A stretch of DNA of 64,000 nt from Tubiluchus corallicola (Eukaryota; Animalia; Priapulida): positions 124,001 through 188,000 of the forward strand of contig JAQGDQ010000436.1 in the NCBI GenBank assembly GCA_030141605.1, in the 5' to 3' direction. The notes below the pieces were generated by a model. It saw only the letters and a list, made by a program, of their open reading frames with translations, did not search any database and had not been told where the DNA came from. Positions 12,601 to 23,226 of this stretch are shown piece by piece. Position 1 is the first letter of the stretch, and every line of letters begins with the position of its first letter. Both the position numbers and the translations under genes were made by a program.

Positions 12601-14674
12601 GATAGTCTGATAGAAAGTGTGAATGTTTTCTGTGGAGTTTATTTGTTTTAAAAATTTCACTTACTTAACGTTAAACTTTGTCGTTGTTAATTGATTTCTT
12701 GAAGATTAGTCTGTTTTGAGTTTGTTTCTTGCAGCATTAGAAGTAGTAGATACATCCATGTAGGATTTACCGTCCTACATATTATTCAAATATTGCTACA
12801 TTTGGTGGACAGAGAAACAGCAAATTCTGGCTGTAGTCTTCAATAATATATAATAGATTATTGAAAGCACTTGTTGACCATTACTAATGATTGTCTTTTC
12901 TATTTTTACCTGTTTGTATTAATTGATTTTATCACTGCCAGATTAGACTTATAGAATTCAGTTTTTGTCCGTTGCTAATATCAGTTTTATTGTTTTCAGA
13001 GGTCTGGATATTCCTCATGTCGATGTCGTTGTTAATTTTGACATTCCAACCCATTCTAAAGACTACATTCATCGAGTTGGTCGTACGGCTCGTGCGGGAC
13101 GTAGTGGAAAGTCCATCACGTTTGTTACACAGTACGTTTTCATGCTAAACTGCCTTTTAGGCTCATACAGAGAAAAAACCGAAGAGTAAACTAGATTTCT
13201 AGTAGCTCAGTTTGTTCAATGTAAAATTTCTTTTCATTTCTTGAAATTCAGTCAAATTCAGTCAAGTTTTGGGAAGTTTATTTTTTGCTAAAGTGTGCCT
13301 TCATTGCATAATCAATGCTTGCTATTGTTAACTTTTGGCAAAACAGTTGCTGTGATAGATTGTGTTTAAACTGTGTATTTAAATTGTGTTTGTGTTCTGT
13401 TAATGAGCTTGTATACCGTTTCATTGAAGGCAGGTTTATAGCTGTTCTTGTGACTGTGTTTAAATATCTAATGAGTGCTTAGTGGGGACGGCTTTGTTGA
13501 GGTCGAATGTTGTCTCATTGTCAAGGATATTACTCAAAGATGAGTTGCTAAACTGCTTACATTGTCTAGCCATGTCTGCATGCATCTAAATCAGCAAAAC
13601 TTTTTCTGTTAGGCACCAATTCAGTTATTGAGTGTTGCCTAACTTTAGTTGCTAGGTACATGAGGATGTAAAATGTGACGATATGGATGCAATCATTTAT
13701 CATTTGATTTGGTTGCTGTGCAGATATGATGTGGAACTGTACCAAAGGATAGAGTATCTCATTGGAAAGAAACTACCGCTTTATAAAACGGAAGAACCCG
13801 AAGTGATGGTATTGATGGAGCGAGTGACGGAGGCCCAGAGAATAGCAAAAATGGTAATAATTGTAACAGACTTTTACAACTTCATGAATTAAAATTAAGT
13901 AAACTGTTCAATGTCTTTTTTTGCAAATCATATATTTGTTTTCATGTGTTTTGGTTATGCTTATAAAAGCCACTGATATGGTAGTTCATCCAGAAATATT
14001 TGTGTGTGTAAAACCACCATCTCAATTACAAACGAGATTCTATATTCAATCTTAGCTATGGTGTTAGCTCTCTTAATATATCTGAATATTTATTATATAT
14101 TGTGCTGTACAACTGCTGAAATAGTTTTTTTTTTGTTGTAATGGATATGCTCAGTGTTTGACATTTAGCGATAAAATTCCAGAACATTTGTTTTATGTAA
14201 ATTTCAAGCCGAACAGCTTTACACCGAGATTTCGGAAGGGCCCAAGAAAACCATACGTGTGCTTGCATAGCAAAATCGTCAATAAGTCGCAATTAAGCTT
14301 TTCTACTTATTCACATACCCTGAATCTTCATTTCATGAGAATAATTTCGATACCAAGTTCATCACTCTATGTTATTTCTAAGCCTCGATCTTTCATGATC
14401 CGTGCATCTGTCAAAACCTGTTTGTATTTTCATTTTACCATGTTTTTGTTATTGTTATTTGGCACAAATGAGCCTTTTACTAATTTGTCTTGTCTGTAAT
14501 TTCTTGTAGGAAATGAGAGATATGGAGGAAAAGAAAAAGACGCCTGGTAATCGACACAAAGGTGTTGATGATGATAACGACGACACAGAGGAAGCTTTTG
14601 GAGTGCGGAAAAATTTGAAGAGATCTAAACAGCACAAACATGGCGGCAAATTGAAAAAGAGGAAACAGTTTTGA
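3690..14674 (+). CDS. DDX47: DEAD-box RNA helicase DDX47/Rrp3, 10 coding exons, about 471 aa
   Basis: Exons 3690-3791, 5312-5405, 6918-7106, 8348-8490, 9036-9155, 10720-10836, 12070-12293, 13000-13131, 13724-13853, 14510-14674; all GT-AG with compatible phases (1416 nt). Motifs: PTKIQ (Q motif), [38 protein letters not shown]; DDX47-specific [16 protein letters not shown] and [13 protein letters not shown]; basic C-terminal tail. Confidence 0.97.
4369..5301. mobile_element. hAT-like non-autonomous DNA transposon in DDX47 intron 1
   Basis: Termini CAGTGTTGAGT / ACCCAATACTG (imperfect TIR), 8-bp TSD TTTATTGC / TTTATTAC, subterminal GTAAT/ATTAC-like motifs. Confidence 0.72.
6722..6900. repeat. 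Degenerate (TGT/TGC)n trinucleotide microsatellite just upstream of DDX47 exon 3
   Basis: Direct reading; explains the poly-Leu/Cys/Val ORFs. Confidence 0.9.
9616..10521. mobile_element. Degenerate pogo/Tigger-like MITE in DDX47 intron 5
   Basis: TA-CAGTAGGTGTCACTTAATAGAC ... GTCTATTAAATAGCATCTATTG-TA: imperfect TIRs with TA flanks. Confidence 0.5.
11095..11525 (+). mobile_element. 5'-truncated RTE-clade LINE fragment (ORF C-terminus)
   Basis: Translates to [27 protein letters not shown]...[19 protein letters not shown] and PPGKPKTTW, the RTE C-terminal signature; related decayed copy at 48285-48600. Confidence 0.8.
14264..14382 (+). repeat. Dispersed repeat (unclassified), second copy at about 52605-52724
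   Basis: Both loci share AATAAGTCG(G)CAATTAAGCTTTTCTA..TTATTCA...CCTGAATCT..ATTTCATGAG...GATACCAAGTTCAT.ACTCTATGTTATTTCTAAGC. Confidence 0.8.
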
Positions 14675-14724
14675 TGATGCGCATATTTGTAATTTTTAGT
14701 AATCTTGTACAGTTTCAGATTTAC

Positions 14725-14730
14725 AATAAA
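14725..14730 (+). terminator. Probable polyadenylation signal of DDX47
   Basis: AATAAA 50 nt after the stop codon followed by T/GT-rich sequence. Confidence 0.6.
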
Positions 14731-15216
14731 GTTTTTATTTGTGACATATTTTTTTGCTTTTCGATATTTTTAAACAGCTGTCATGAACAGAGATAAAGCT
14801 ATTGAAATTAAACTCTAGGTAATGTTATGTTGGGTGGAAACGGCATAATATTGTCAGTTCAACCTGTGTCAAAGTACTAGAAAAATTATTGTTGAAATAT
14901 TTACTAAAACTTTTATGTGTTCTACATTAAGCGTGCATACAAGAATATAATAATGTTAAGATAAAACGCATTTTACACAAAATTGCTTGTGTTTGACATT
15001 AATAATTGTTCAGTTTGTTAAAAAGTGACCTTCAAAGCTCTTTTTAATTTATAATCACTTCTCTTTCAAAGAGGTAAAATTTCAGTTCGTTTGTTGGGTT
15101 TTAAAGCATATTTTTAAAAAGTTTTGTGAAATGCATTAATTTTATTGAAAGAATTTATGTAGTAGCAGTAAATGATACATGGCTCTGCCAGAAATTATTT
15201 CCACTAGCAAAAGCTG

Positions 15217-17940
15217 GTGAAACGGCTATCTATCCATGACCAGGACCACCATCAGCCCCGTTCCCGTTCTCTAGAAATAAGAGGTATAAGTTTTGCAAAA
15301 AACGGCCGAAAAATGGCCCTTTTTGGAGGTTTTTCGCCCCCGTTCCTCCCGATTCGAAAAATAAACCCCAATGACATGACACTAGATCGAGATCTTTCGT
15401 TTGTTATATAGATCGCCGCAAATGGTGCCACCGTCGAAGCTGTAGCCTCGAATTTTATATATACACCAGCAAAATTAATATATAGAGTAGCAAAGGCCCC
15501 GCACAAAATTTTGCACATGAATACACTTATAATTGACAATGCGCGAACTTCTACCTAGTGTTCGTTTATTTTCCTAACGCAAAGCCAGTAGCAGCAGCTT
15601 TTACTGAATTAAAGTTATAAGGTTACAGACAGAATATAATGGATGACGTCAGAACAATGGCTTTGCGTCAGCAGTTTTCCAAACGAAAATTGCTAAAAAT
15701 AGAACATCTAATTAACTCGTCCGCACTCTTTTTGGTAGATGTGTCCTACAATATAGCCCACATCATCGTGTAGCCCTGACCTTGCTCTTTCTAAAGAGCT
15801 ATATATCTCCTTTCGAGAGTCCCACCAGGCGCCGCTAGAACGTTTTTTCTGCAGGCTGTTTGGTCAAAATTTCGAAAAAATCGCGCGTTGGGTCCGGGAA
15901 AACGCGAATTCTAAATACACCTACCGCCGAACGGGCTATCTAAGCATTATTGACACTGCTCTCGGCACATTCCCATTCTCTAGAAATAAGAGGTATAAGT
16001 TTTGCAATTTTTTGCAAAAAATGGCCATTTTTGGAGCTTTTTCGCCCTCTGTTTTTTCGGGTTGGCACGATTAGAAATAAACCCCTAATGGCACGATACT
16101 AGATCGAGACCTTTCGTTTGATAAATAGATCGCTGCAAATGGTGCCGCCGTCGAAGCTGTAGCCTCGAGTCTTATATATATATATAAATATATAAATAAA
16201 TATATATATATACCAGTAGAATTAATATATACTAGCAAAGGTCCCGCAAAAAATTTTGCTTATAAACCCACGTATAATCAAAAATACGCAAACATCCTAC
16301 CTAGTCCTCATTTATAACGCAAAGCTAGTGGTGTGTTTTGTTTCTCTCGGAAGGCTCGTAGATCAAAACACTTCATCAAATTAAACTAGTTTATTATGCG
16401 AGAATTCTACAACAGAAAAGTATGAAGGAAAGCGAAATGTTTACAGTTAAACGTTTAAGCGTATCTGCAGATACAAGAATACAAGAGAATGTGAGAGAAT
16501 CAGAGAATGTGCGTGTATGCCAATGAACTTCAGCGGCCAGCTTCGCCTTATATAGCTGTGCCAGGGAATAATCTAGAAAGAAACTTCTAGAAAATTCTAC
16601 AAGGTAAGACTATTGTTCTACTATACAATGGAACGTTCTACAATGTTCTATTTAATTCTAATAGATGCCAGCGATCTCCACAGCAGCGAGCAGCAGTTTG
16701 TACTGAATTAAAGTTATAAGGTTATAGACAGAGTATAATGGTGACGTCAAAACAATAACATCAGCAGTTTTTCAAGCAAAAATTGAGAAAAATAGAACAT
16801 CTAATTAAGTCGCCGGCACTCCTCTTGGTAGACGTGTACTAAAATACGGCCCACATCATCGTGTAGCGCTCTTCTTGCTCTTTCTAAAGAGCTATATATC
16901 TTCTTCCGAGAGTTCCACCAGGCACCGCTGGAACGTTTTTTCTGCAGGCTGCTTGGTCAAAATTTCGAAAAGATCGGGAATTGGGGCCGAAAAATGTCTG
17001 TTACGGGACACCGAGGCCCTCTCGCGAATTCTAAATACATCTACTACACCCACCACTGAACGGCTATCTATCCATGACCAGGACCACCATCAGCCCCGTT
17101 CCCGTTCTCTAGAAATAAGAGGTATAAGTTTTGCAAAAAACGGCCGAAAATGGCCATTTTTGTAGGTTTTTCGCCCCCGTTCCTCCCGGCAGGCCCGATT
17201 CGAAAAATAAACCCTCAATAACACTACACCAGATCGAGACCTTTTGTTTGATATATAGATCGCCGCAAATGGTGCCGCCGTCGAAGCTGTAGCCTCGAAT
17301 CTTATATATACACCAGCAAAATTAATATATAGAGCAGCAAAGGCCCCGCAAAAAATTTTGCTTATAAGCCCACTTATAATCAACAATGCGCGCACATTCT
17401 ACATAGTGTTCATTTATTTATCTAAAGCAAAGCGAGCAGCAGCTTTTACTGAATTAAAGTTTTAAGTTTATAGGCAGAGTATAATGGATGACGTCAGAAC
17501 AATGGTTTTGCGTCAGCAGTTTTCCAAGCGAAAATTGCCGAAAATAGAACATCTAAGTAACTCGTCGGCACTCCTTTTATTGGACGTGTTCTAAAGCATG
17601 GCAAACACAAGATCGGGAATTGGGGCCGAAAAATGTCTGTTGCGGGACACCGAGGCCCTCTCGCGAATTCTAAATACATCTACTACACCCAGCACTGAAC
17701 GGGCTATCTATCCATAGCCAGCACCACCATCGGCCCTTTCCCGTTCTCCAGAAATAAGAGGTATAAATTTCGCAAAAAACGGCGAAAAACGGCAATTTTT
17801 GGAGGTTTTTCGCCCCCGTTTGTCTCGGTTTGCCCGATTCGAAAAATAAGCCCCCAATGGCACGACATTAGATCGAGACCTTTTGTTTGATTTATTGATC
17901 GCCGTAAATGGTGCTGTAGCTCTGGCCTGTAGCCTCGAAT

Positions 17941-17976
<36 letters not shown>

Positions 17977-17993
17977 AGCGAAATTATTATATA
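15217..17993 (-). mobile_element. Head-to-tail tandem array of non-autonomous Helitron copies (about 3 full units plus one partial)
   Basis: Units homologous to the solo copy at 20950-21827; junctions near 15486, 16231 and 17333 join the 3' end (hairpin plus CTAG-like) of one unit to the TCTATATATTAAT 5' start of the next on the minus strand. Confidence 0.8.
16326..16682 (-). mobile_element. Possible solo LTR inserted in one Helitron unit
   Basis: About 357-bp insertion absent from other units; minus strand begins TGTGG, contains TATATAAG and then AATAAA, ends CCACTA (short imperfect terminal inverted repeat). No clean TSD. Confidence 0.5.
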
Positions 17994-17998
17994 CGACT

Positions 17999-18108
17999 AG
18001 GATTCTGGTTTTAAGTGTTGGGAGGAACCTGACCAGGATTCTGGTTTCAAGTGCCGGAAGGAACCTGACCAGGATTCTGGTTTCAAGCGTCGGGAGGAAC
18101 CTGACCAG
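17999..18108. repeat. 36-bp tandem repeat, 3 copies
   Basis: AGGATTCTGGTTTYAAGYGYYGGRAGGAACCTGACC x3 abutting the Helitron array. Confidence 0.85.
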
Positions 18109-18495
18109 CAATGTAGGAAGAATTAACAAAACTTACAAAAGGAAAATTATAAGCATCACTGAACTCTCCCAAGACTAACTACGAGAATACACATTGTAAT
18201 CTGTACAATAATGACATCACAAAATCGTTTAAAACATTTTAGACGGTTTTAATTATATTTATTTCGAACATTAAAGCATACAAGCGAAAATTCTATAATA
18301 TAAAAATTTAAATTTCTTAAACACAAGTAGTAAGTCAATATAATTCGAATAGTAGAATACGTTATGGACTTTACACGACTGATTTGTAATATAAACAACA
18401 ACGGACAAAATTAATGGTTTTTGTAAAAAACAAACAATTTTTCCTAAGAATAAAACAACAAATAAAAAGGGTCACCAAAATTAAAACAAAATTTT

Positions 18496-20535
18496 TTAGC
18501 CTAATCTTTTTGTGCATAACTCAAGCATTTTGCATGCTGAAGTTGTAAATTCTTTTCCAATAACACGCTTAGGATTCCGCGAACCACAGTACAAGCGTAT
18601 GTACCTCCACTCATCCTCCAGAGACCAGATAAGACGATTGTCGCAGACCAACCACATACCTAGAAAATAAAATCCTTGTTAGCCATAGGCGTACGATGCT
18701 TGGGGTTAAGGGGGGAGGGGGCGATTGCCTTCCCACAGCAAAAGAATTGTATTTCAGGGCAAAAGCTAATTATTTTGAGAAGCCAATAATTACGTTTTAA
18801 AATTTTGAAATTTAAGATTTCAGTGTTCAAAAATTGCTTGCGTACTGCCTTACGCGCCTCTCTCTCTCTTCACTGCCTGCAACTAAAGATTTCTTTGTGT
18901 GACGAATTGTTTATAAACTTTAATAATTATAAAGCTATAATAATGCCTGCTATAGTTCACTAAACCTCATAAGTCCATTTTTCACTTGTTAAGCACATGC
19001 TCCTCAATGTGCTGGCAAAGTTATAGACGTGTTTGCAAAAGGAAAAACATAATCTGGGTCACCATTATTTCTTTAATTTGAATTTGTCAAACGTTAGAAA
19101 AACTATTGTGAAAGTATTTGCATGTTTGTTCAGTGAAAATGCAAATCTTTGACTTGTGTCTTGTTAGACTAGTGATTTCTTAGTAAAGGATATTTATTAT
19201 AATTTGGTGTTCTTGCATTTATTTATTATTACTATTGCAATTGCTATATGGTGTGATGTCAGGAGCTGATTGTCTCCCCCCCTCAAATTAGAGCAACTTG
19301 GAAAATTTTCAGAGCAAATTTATTGTACCTCCCCCTTGTGAAACTTCCTCCCGTACGCCTATGTTGCTAGCATTTCTGTAATGAGTAATTTTAATAAAAC
19401 ATTCTGCCACGTGAAACATTTTGAAACCTTGTTCAGGACAAAAAATTGCGGAATTTGGTTTTAGTAATTTCTTTGAATTTTTGCTTAGTCACATCCTGTT
19501 AGCTGGAGCTTTGTTGTTCACCCACTGAATTAAGCAGTAAAATACATGCATAAATTTACAAACATTTATTAGTTTTAGATTTACCCTGAGTAAATAAAGC
19601 AAAAATTACAATCTGCAAATCACGAAGCCTTCTGGTAATGCACGTTATACAAGTTATACCAGCACACCAGGAAGGGGGGCTAGCTGTTTCAAACCTCCCC
19701 CGCACGAATTCTGGCTAAATAAACCTGAGGCCCGTAACGACTGTTTACCAACCTAATAACAGATTTCGTTTTTATGATTTCTAAAGGCAAGGATCTTTTT
19801 ATAAAGGAGATTTTCCAATGTTTACTAGGGATTTTTTCGATATTTTGTCACTTCTGTTTGCCAAAGGTGAAACTTACCTCTAACCATTATACTAACTTCA
19901 GAAGTGGAACGACTTGGGTGTAGCTCAGGCTTCTCTATGCTTTCCACCCCCTGTACATGTAAGAAAGAAAAGTCTGGATGTTGAGTCAGATCCAAGGCAG
20001 GAATTTTCAAATCTCGACTGCCAAAGAAAATGATCAGTACTCGTAGACCAGTTACTTCAGCAAAAGCTTGTGGGTGTATGTGCAAGAGCTCAGCATTATA
20101 AGCGAATGTAAGCCGTTCAACGGTACCTACAATAGCATTAGCATGCAAGGTAGTGAATTTACTTAAGTCTATAGATAATGTACGCACTGATTTGCCGGTA
20201 AAATTCATTCTGAAAGGATCTCCACCTGCTGATTCGTCGGTTATGAAATGTTCGATATCCAGCTTACGTATAGGTTGAGGAAGCTTATCAGCTATATTCT
20301 GAATATCTTCAGGTTTCAAGCAATAACCTTCATATGGTGTTCCCCGGTAGCACTTTCGTTCTTGAACGTTTGGCCTGCAGACTATTGTACAATTGTCTCC
20401 ACTGTAATAGCGTGTGATATGAAAGCATAAGTGGTGGTCAATCATTTCACAAAAGTCTGAAAACCCTGGCTGAATGCACATGACAACAATAATAAATGCA
20501 CCACAAAGGATTATAGAAACTTTAGGTGCCTCCAT
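18496..20535 (-). CDS. Putative secreted divergent leucine-rich-repeat protein, 2 coding exons, about 273 aa
   Basis: Exon 1 20535-19878 (ATG to G|GTAAG), exon 2 18659-18496 (TTTTCTAG|GT to TAA), phases match. Hydrophobic N-terminus (VSIILCGAFIIVVMCIQPGFS), Cys-rich N-cap ending LPQPIRKLDI, LRR-like segments (FTTLHANAIVG, LLHIHPQAFAEVTGLRVLII), LRRCT-like WLVCDNRLIW...YCGSRNPKRVIGK...C; no transmembrane segment. Confidence 0.78.
18684..19363. mobile_element. hAT-like MITE in the LRR gene intron
   Basis: Perfect 12-bp TIR CATAGGCGTACG / CGTACGCCTATG; 8-bp TSD TTGTTAGC / TTGCTAGC. Confidence 0.85.
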
Positions 20536-20949
20536 CTTAGGTGCAAACAAGTCAACAAGTTAAGTTGGTACGCTTGACTGACTTCGAAAGGGATATTGAA
20601 GGTAGGAGACAAAAGTTTCAACTGAGCAAGAATTAGAATGTTTATGATGAATGTCAGCCATCACTAACAATAGACAATGCTGCACCGTAACTATGACAAC
20701 ATGACGTAATAATGTCTCTCGGTAACTTATTAGAATTATTATATGTACAGCAAAAACATTTCTTGAATATTCGGAAAAACTAAACCTAAACTATGCTATA
20801 ATTGCAAAATGTTCAGGTTTACTTTCTTAAAATAACATTCGTTCATTTTTATCAGCGGCAATGATTTCTATTGAGTTTCTTTAAAAATTGAAAGTTTGGG
20901 ATCGAGATTTTGGTGTCTGGATCATAATGACTGCAATCCATAATGACGA

Positions 20950-21827
20950 CTAGCAAAGGCCCGCAAAAAATTTTGCTTATAAACCCACTTATAATCAACA
21001 ATGCCCGAACATTCTACATAGTGTTCATTTATTTACCTAAGCCTAAGGCAAAGCCAACAGGAGCAGCTTTTACTGAATTAAAGTTATAAGATTATAGGCA
21101 GAACATAATGGATGACGTCAGAACAATGGTTTTGCGTCAGCTGTTTTCCAAGCGAAAATTGCCAAAAATAGAACATCTAATTTACTCGTTGGCACTCCTG
21201 GTTGACGTTTCCTACAACATAGCCTACATCATCGTGTAGCCCTGTTCTTGCTCTTTCTAAAGGGCCATATATCTCCTTTCGAAAGTCCCACCAGGCGCCA
21301 CTAGAGCTGTTTTCTGCAGGCCATTTGGTCAAAATTTCGAAAAAATCGCGAGTTGGGTCCGGAAAAACGCCCTTTACGGGACGCCGTGACCCTCTCGCAA
21401 ATTCTAAATACGCCTATTACACCCACCGTTAAACGGGCGATCTATTCATAGCCAGCACCAGCCATGGCCAGTTCCGTTCTTCAGAAATAAGACGTATAAA
21501 TTTTGCAAAAAACGGCAGAAAAACTGGCCATTTTTGGAGGTTTTTTGCCACCCGTTCCTCCCAGTGGGCCCGATTAGAAAAATAGACCATGAATGGCACG
21601 ACGCTAGATCGAGACCTTTCGTTTGATGTGTAGATCGCCGCAAATGGTGCCATCGAAGCTGTAGCCTCGAATCTTATATATATATATAAGATTCGAGGCT
21701 GCAGCTCTGACGACGGCACCATTTGCGGCGATCCATACATCAGCCGCATCTATATATATCACGTATATGTATCACATATACCATATCACATATATATATA
21801 TATATACCAGCGAAATTAATATATAGA
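20950..21827 (-). mobile_element. Complete non-autonomous Helitron (about 878 bp)
   Basis: Minus strand: A^TCTATATATTAAT... start, end ...GCAAAATTTTTTGC (hairpin) GGGCCTTTG CTAG^T; inserted between A and T with no TSD, the canonical Helitron signature. Confidence 0.85.
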
Positions 21828-22599
21828 TATACCAAGAATATTAATATAATAGATGACAATAATTTATCAATTCAATTCAATTTTATTTGCACGAATACAT
21901 ACAATGTACATTGGCAGAGCAATACACGTTAAATACTGGCTGTGTGCAAAGTTATTTTCATAACAAATGTTAGGATATGGTATACTGTTACTAACATCAC
22001 AGTTACATAAAAATTGTATAATTTAGCAATGGAAAAAGAAAAATGACCTAAAAGTAGTAAGTATCTGTACAAGCTTTTTAAGTGAAAGATTATTAAAATA
22101 AAATAATGAGAGTTACAAAAAAATTAGTTAGAGTCTGCTGCCAAAGTGCTGATTTCTTCTTCCCTAGGAATCGGAGTTGTTGCCAAAAGTTTCTTGCATT
22201 GATGTCGTAGATGTATAGATAGATGAACTGATGCGGATTACGATCCAAACTTATAAATACATAACGCACAAAGCCTATAAAAATAAAATAAAAAACGATT
22301 AATAAAATGTACTTTATGCAATGTACAATTATACAGAAATGCTTAAAATTCTTAACTCTTAAGCACTTGAATAGTTCAGAGATTTCCATTCAATTAAATT
22401 CAGTTTATTCACTCAAATATGTGATAAAAAAATCTTGGAAAATGGGCTATGATTTATTATAACTATTACACAAAGTACTTTCAGTAAATTAACAGATAAA
22501 ACCAAACAGAGAATTTTAATTAATAATTAACTAAGACTAATAATAGTAAAAGCTTACAGATATTTACATTAGACAAAATAATATTATGTGAAACCAGCA

Positions 22600-23055
22600 T
22601 TCCTCATTATTGTTTGTGTGTGGTATAGGGAGTTTTGTTTGATCTACAGAGCATGCATTCACTGATAAAGCTACCAAAATTGTTAAGGTCAGACTTATTG
22701 TTGGAGCAAAATAACCAAAATATGGAAAAAACCGAGCCCTTTAAAAAAGTAAAATTATAAAAATTATAATTGTTGTCTGATTTCTTTATATGCGGGGCAT
22801 TCAAACACAAAGTGGTGCTCATCCTCTATTGGGTTTTGTATGTTATCTCTACTACTGATGCAGAAGGAACAGAGTCTTTCATTTTCTTTTTGGTTTATAT
22901 ATCTGCCTTTTTCAATTTGTAGGTCATGATCGCTTATTCTGAGGTTCGTTACCTTACATCTGTGTTGCTTATTAGTTATGGTTTGAAGGTATGGCTCTAC
23001 ATGGTATGTGTATTTCATGCTTCTGTAAAACCTTAACTTGTTCTTTCCTCTAGTT
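22600..23055 (-). mobile_element. 5'-truncated LINE fragment (ORF2 C-terminal CCHC region)
   Basis: KNKLRFYRSMKYTYHVEPYL...LRISDHDLQIEKGRY...RLCSFC...IEDEHHFVFECPAY; the 3' UTR probably continues toward about 21870. Confidence 0.82.
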
Positions 23056-23226
23056 TTCTGTTGTCATTAAATAGTCAACAGATGGCGCTACGGGCAGTTG
23101 TATTGATTTTGCAAGCGTGTGGTGGTGGCAGGCAGTTTCCTCTGTCAGTCAGTTACTATCAATGTTGTTGTTTCCTCTTACCGTGCGTAGATTATTTATG
23201 TAAACATATTGTTGTGTTTTAAAAGT

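Noticed and set aside
15217-18129. Repeated 60-140 aa ORFs suggesting a small gene family
   Set aside because: They are translations of non-coding Helitron copies with inconsistent frames.
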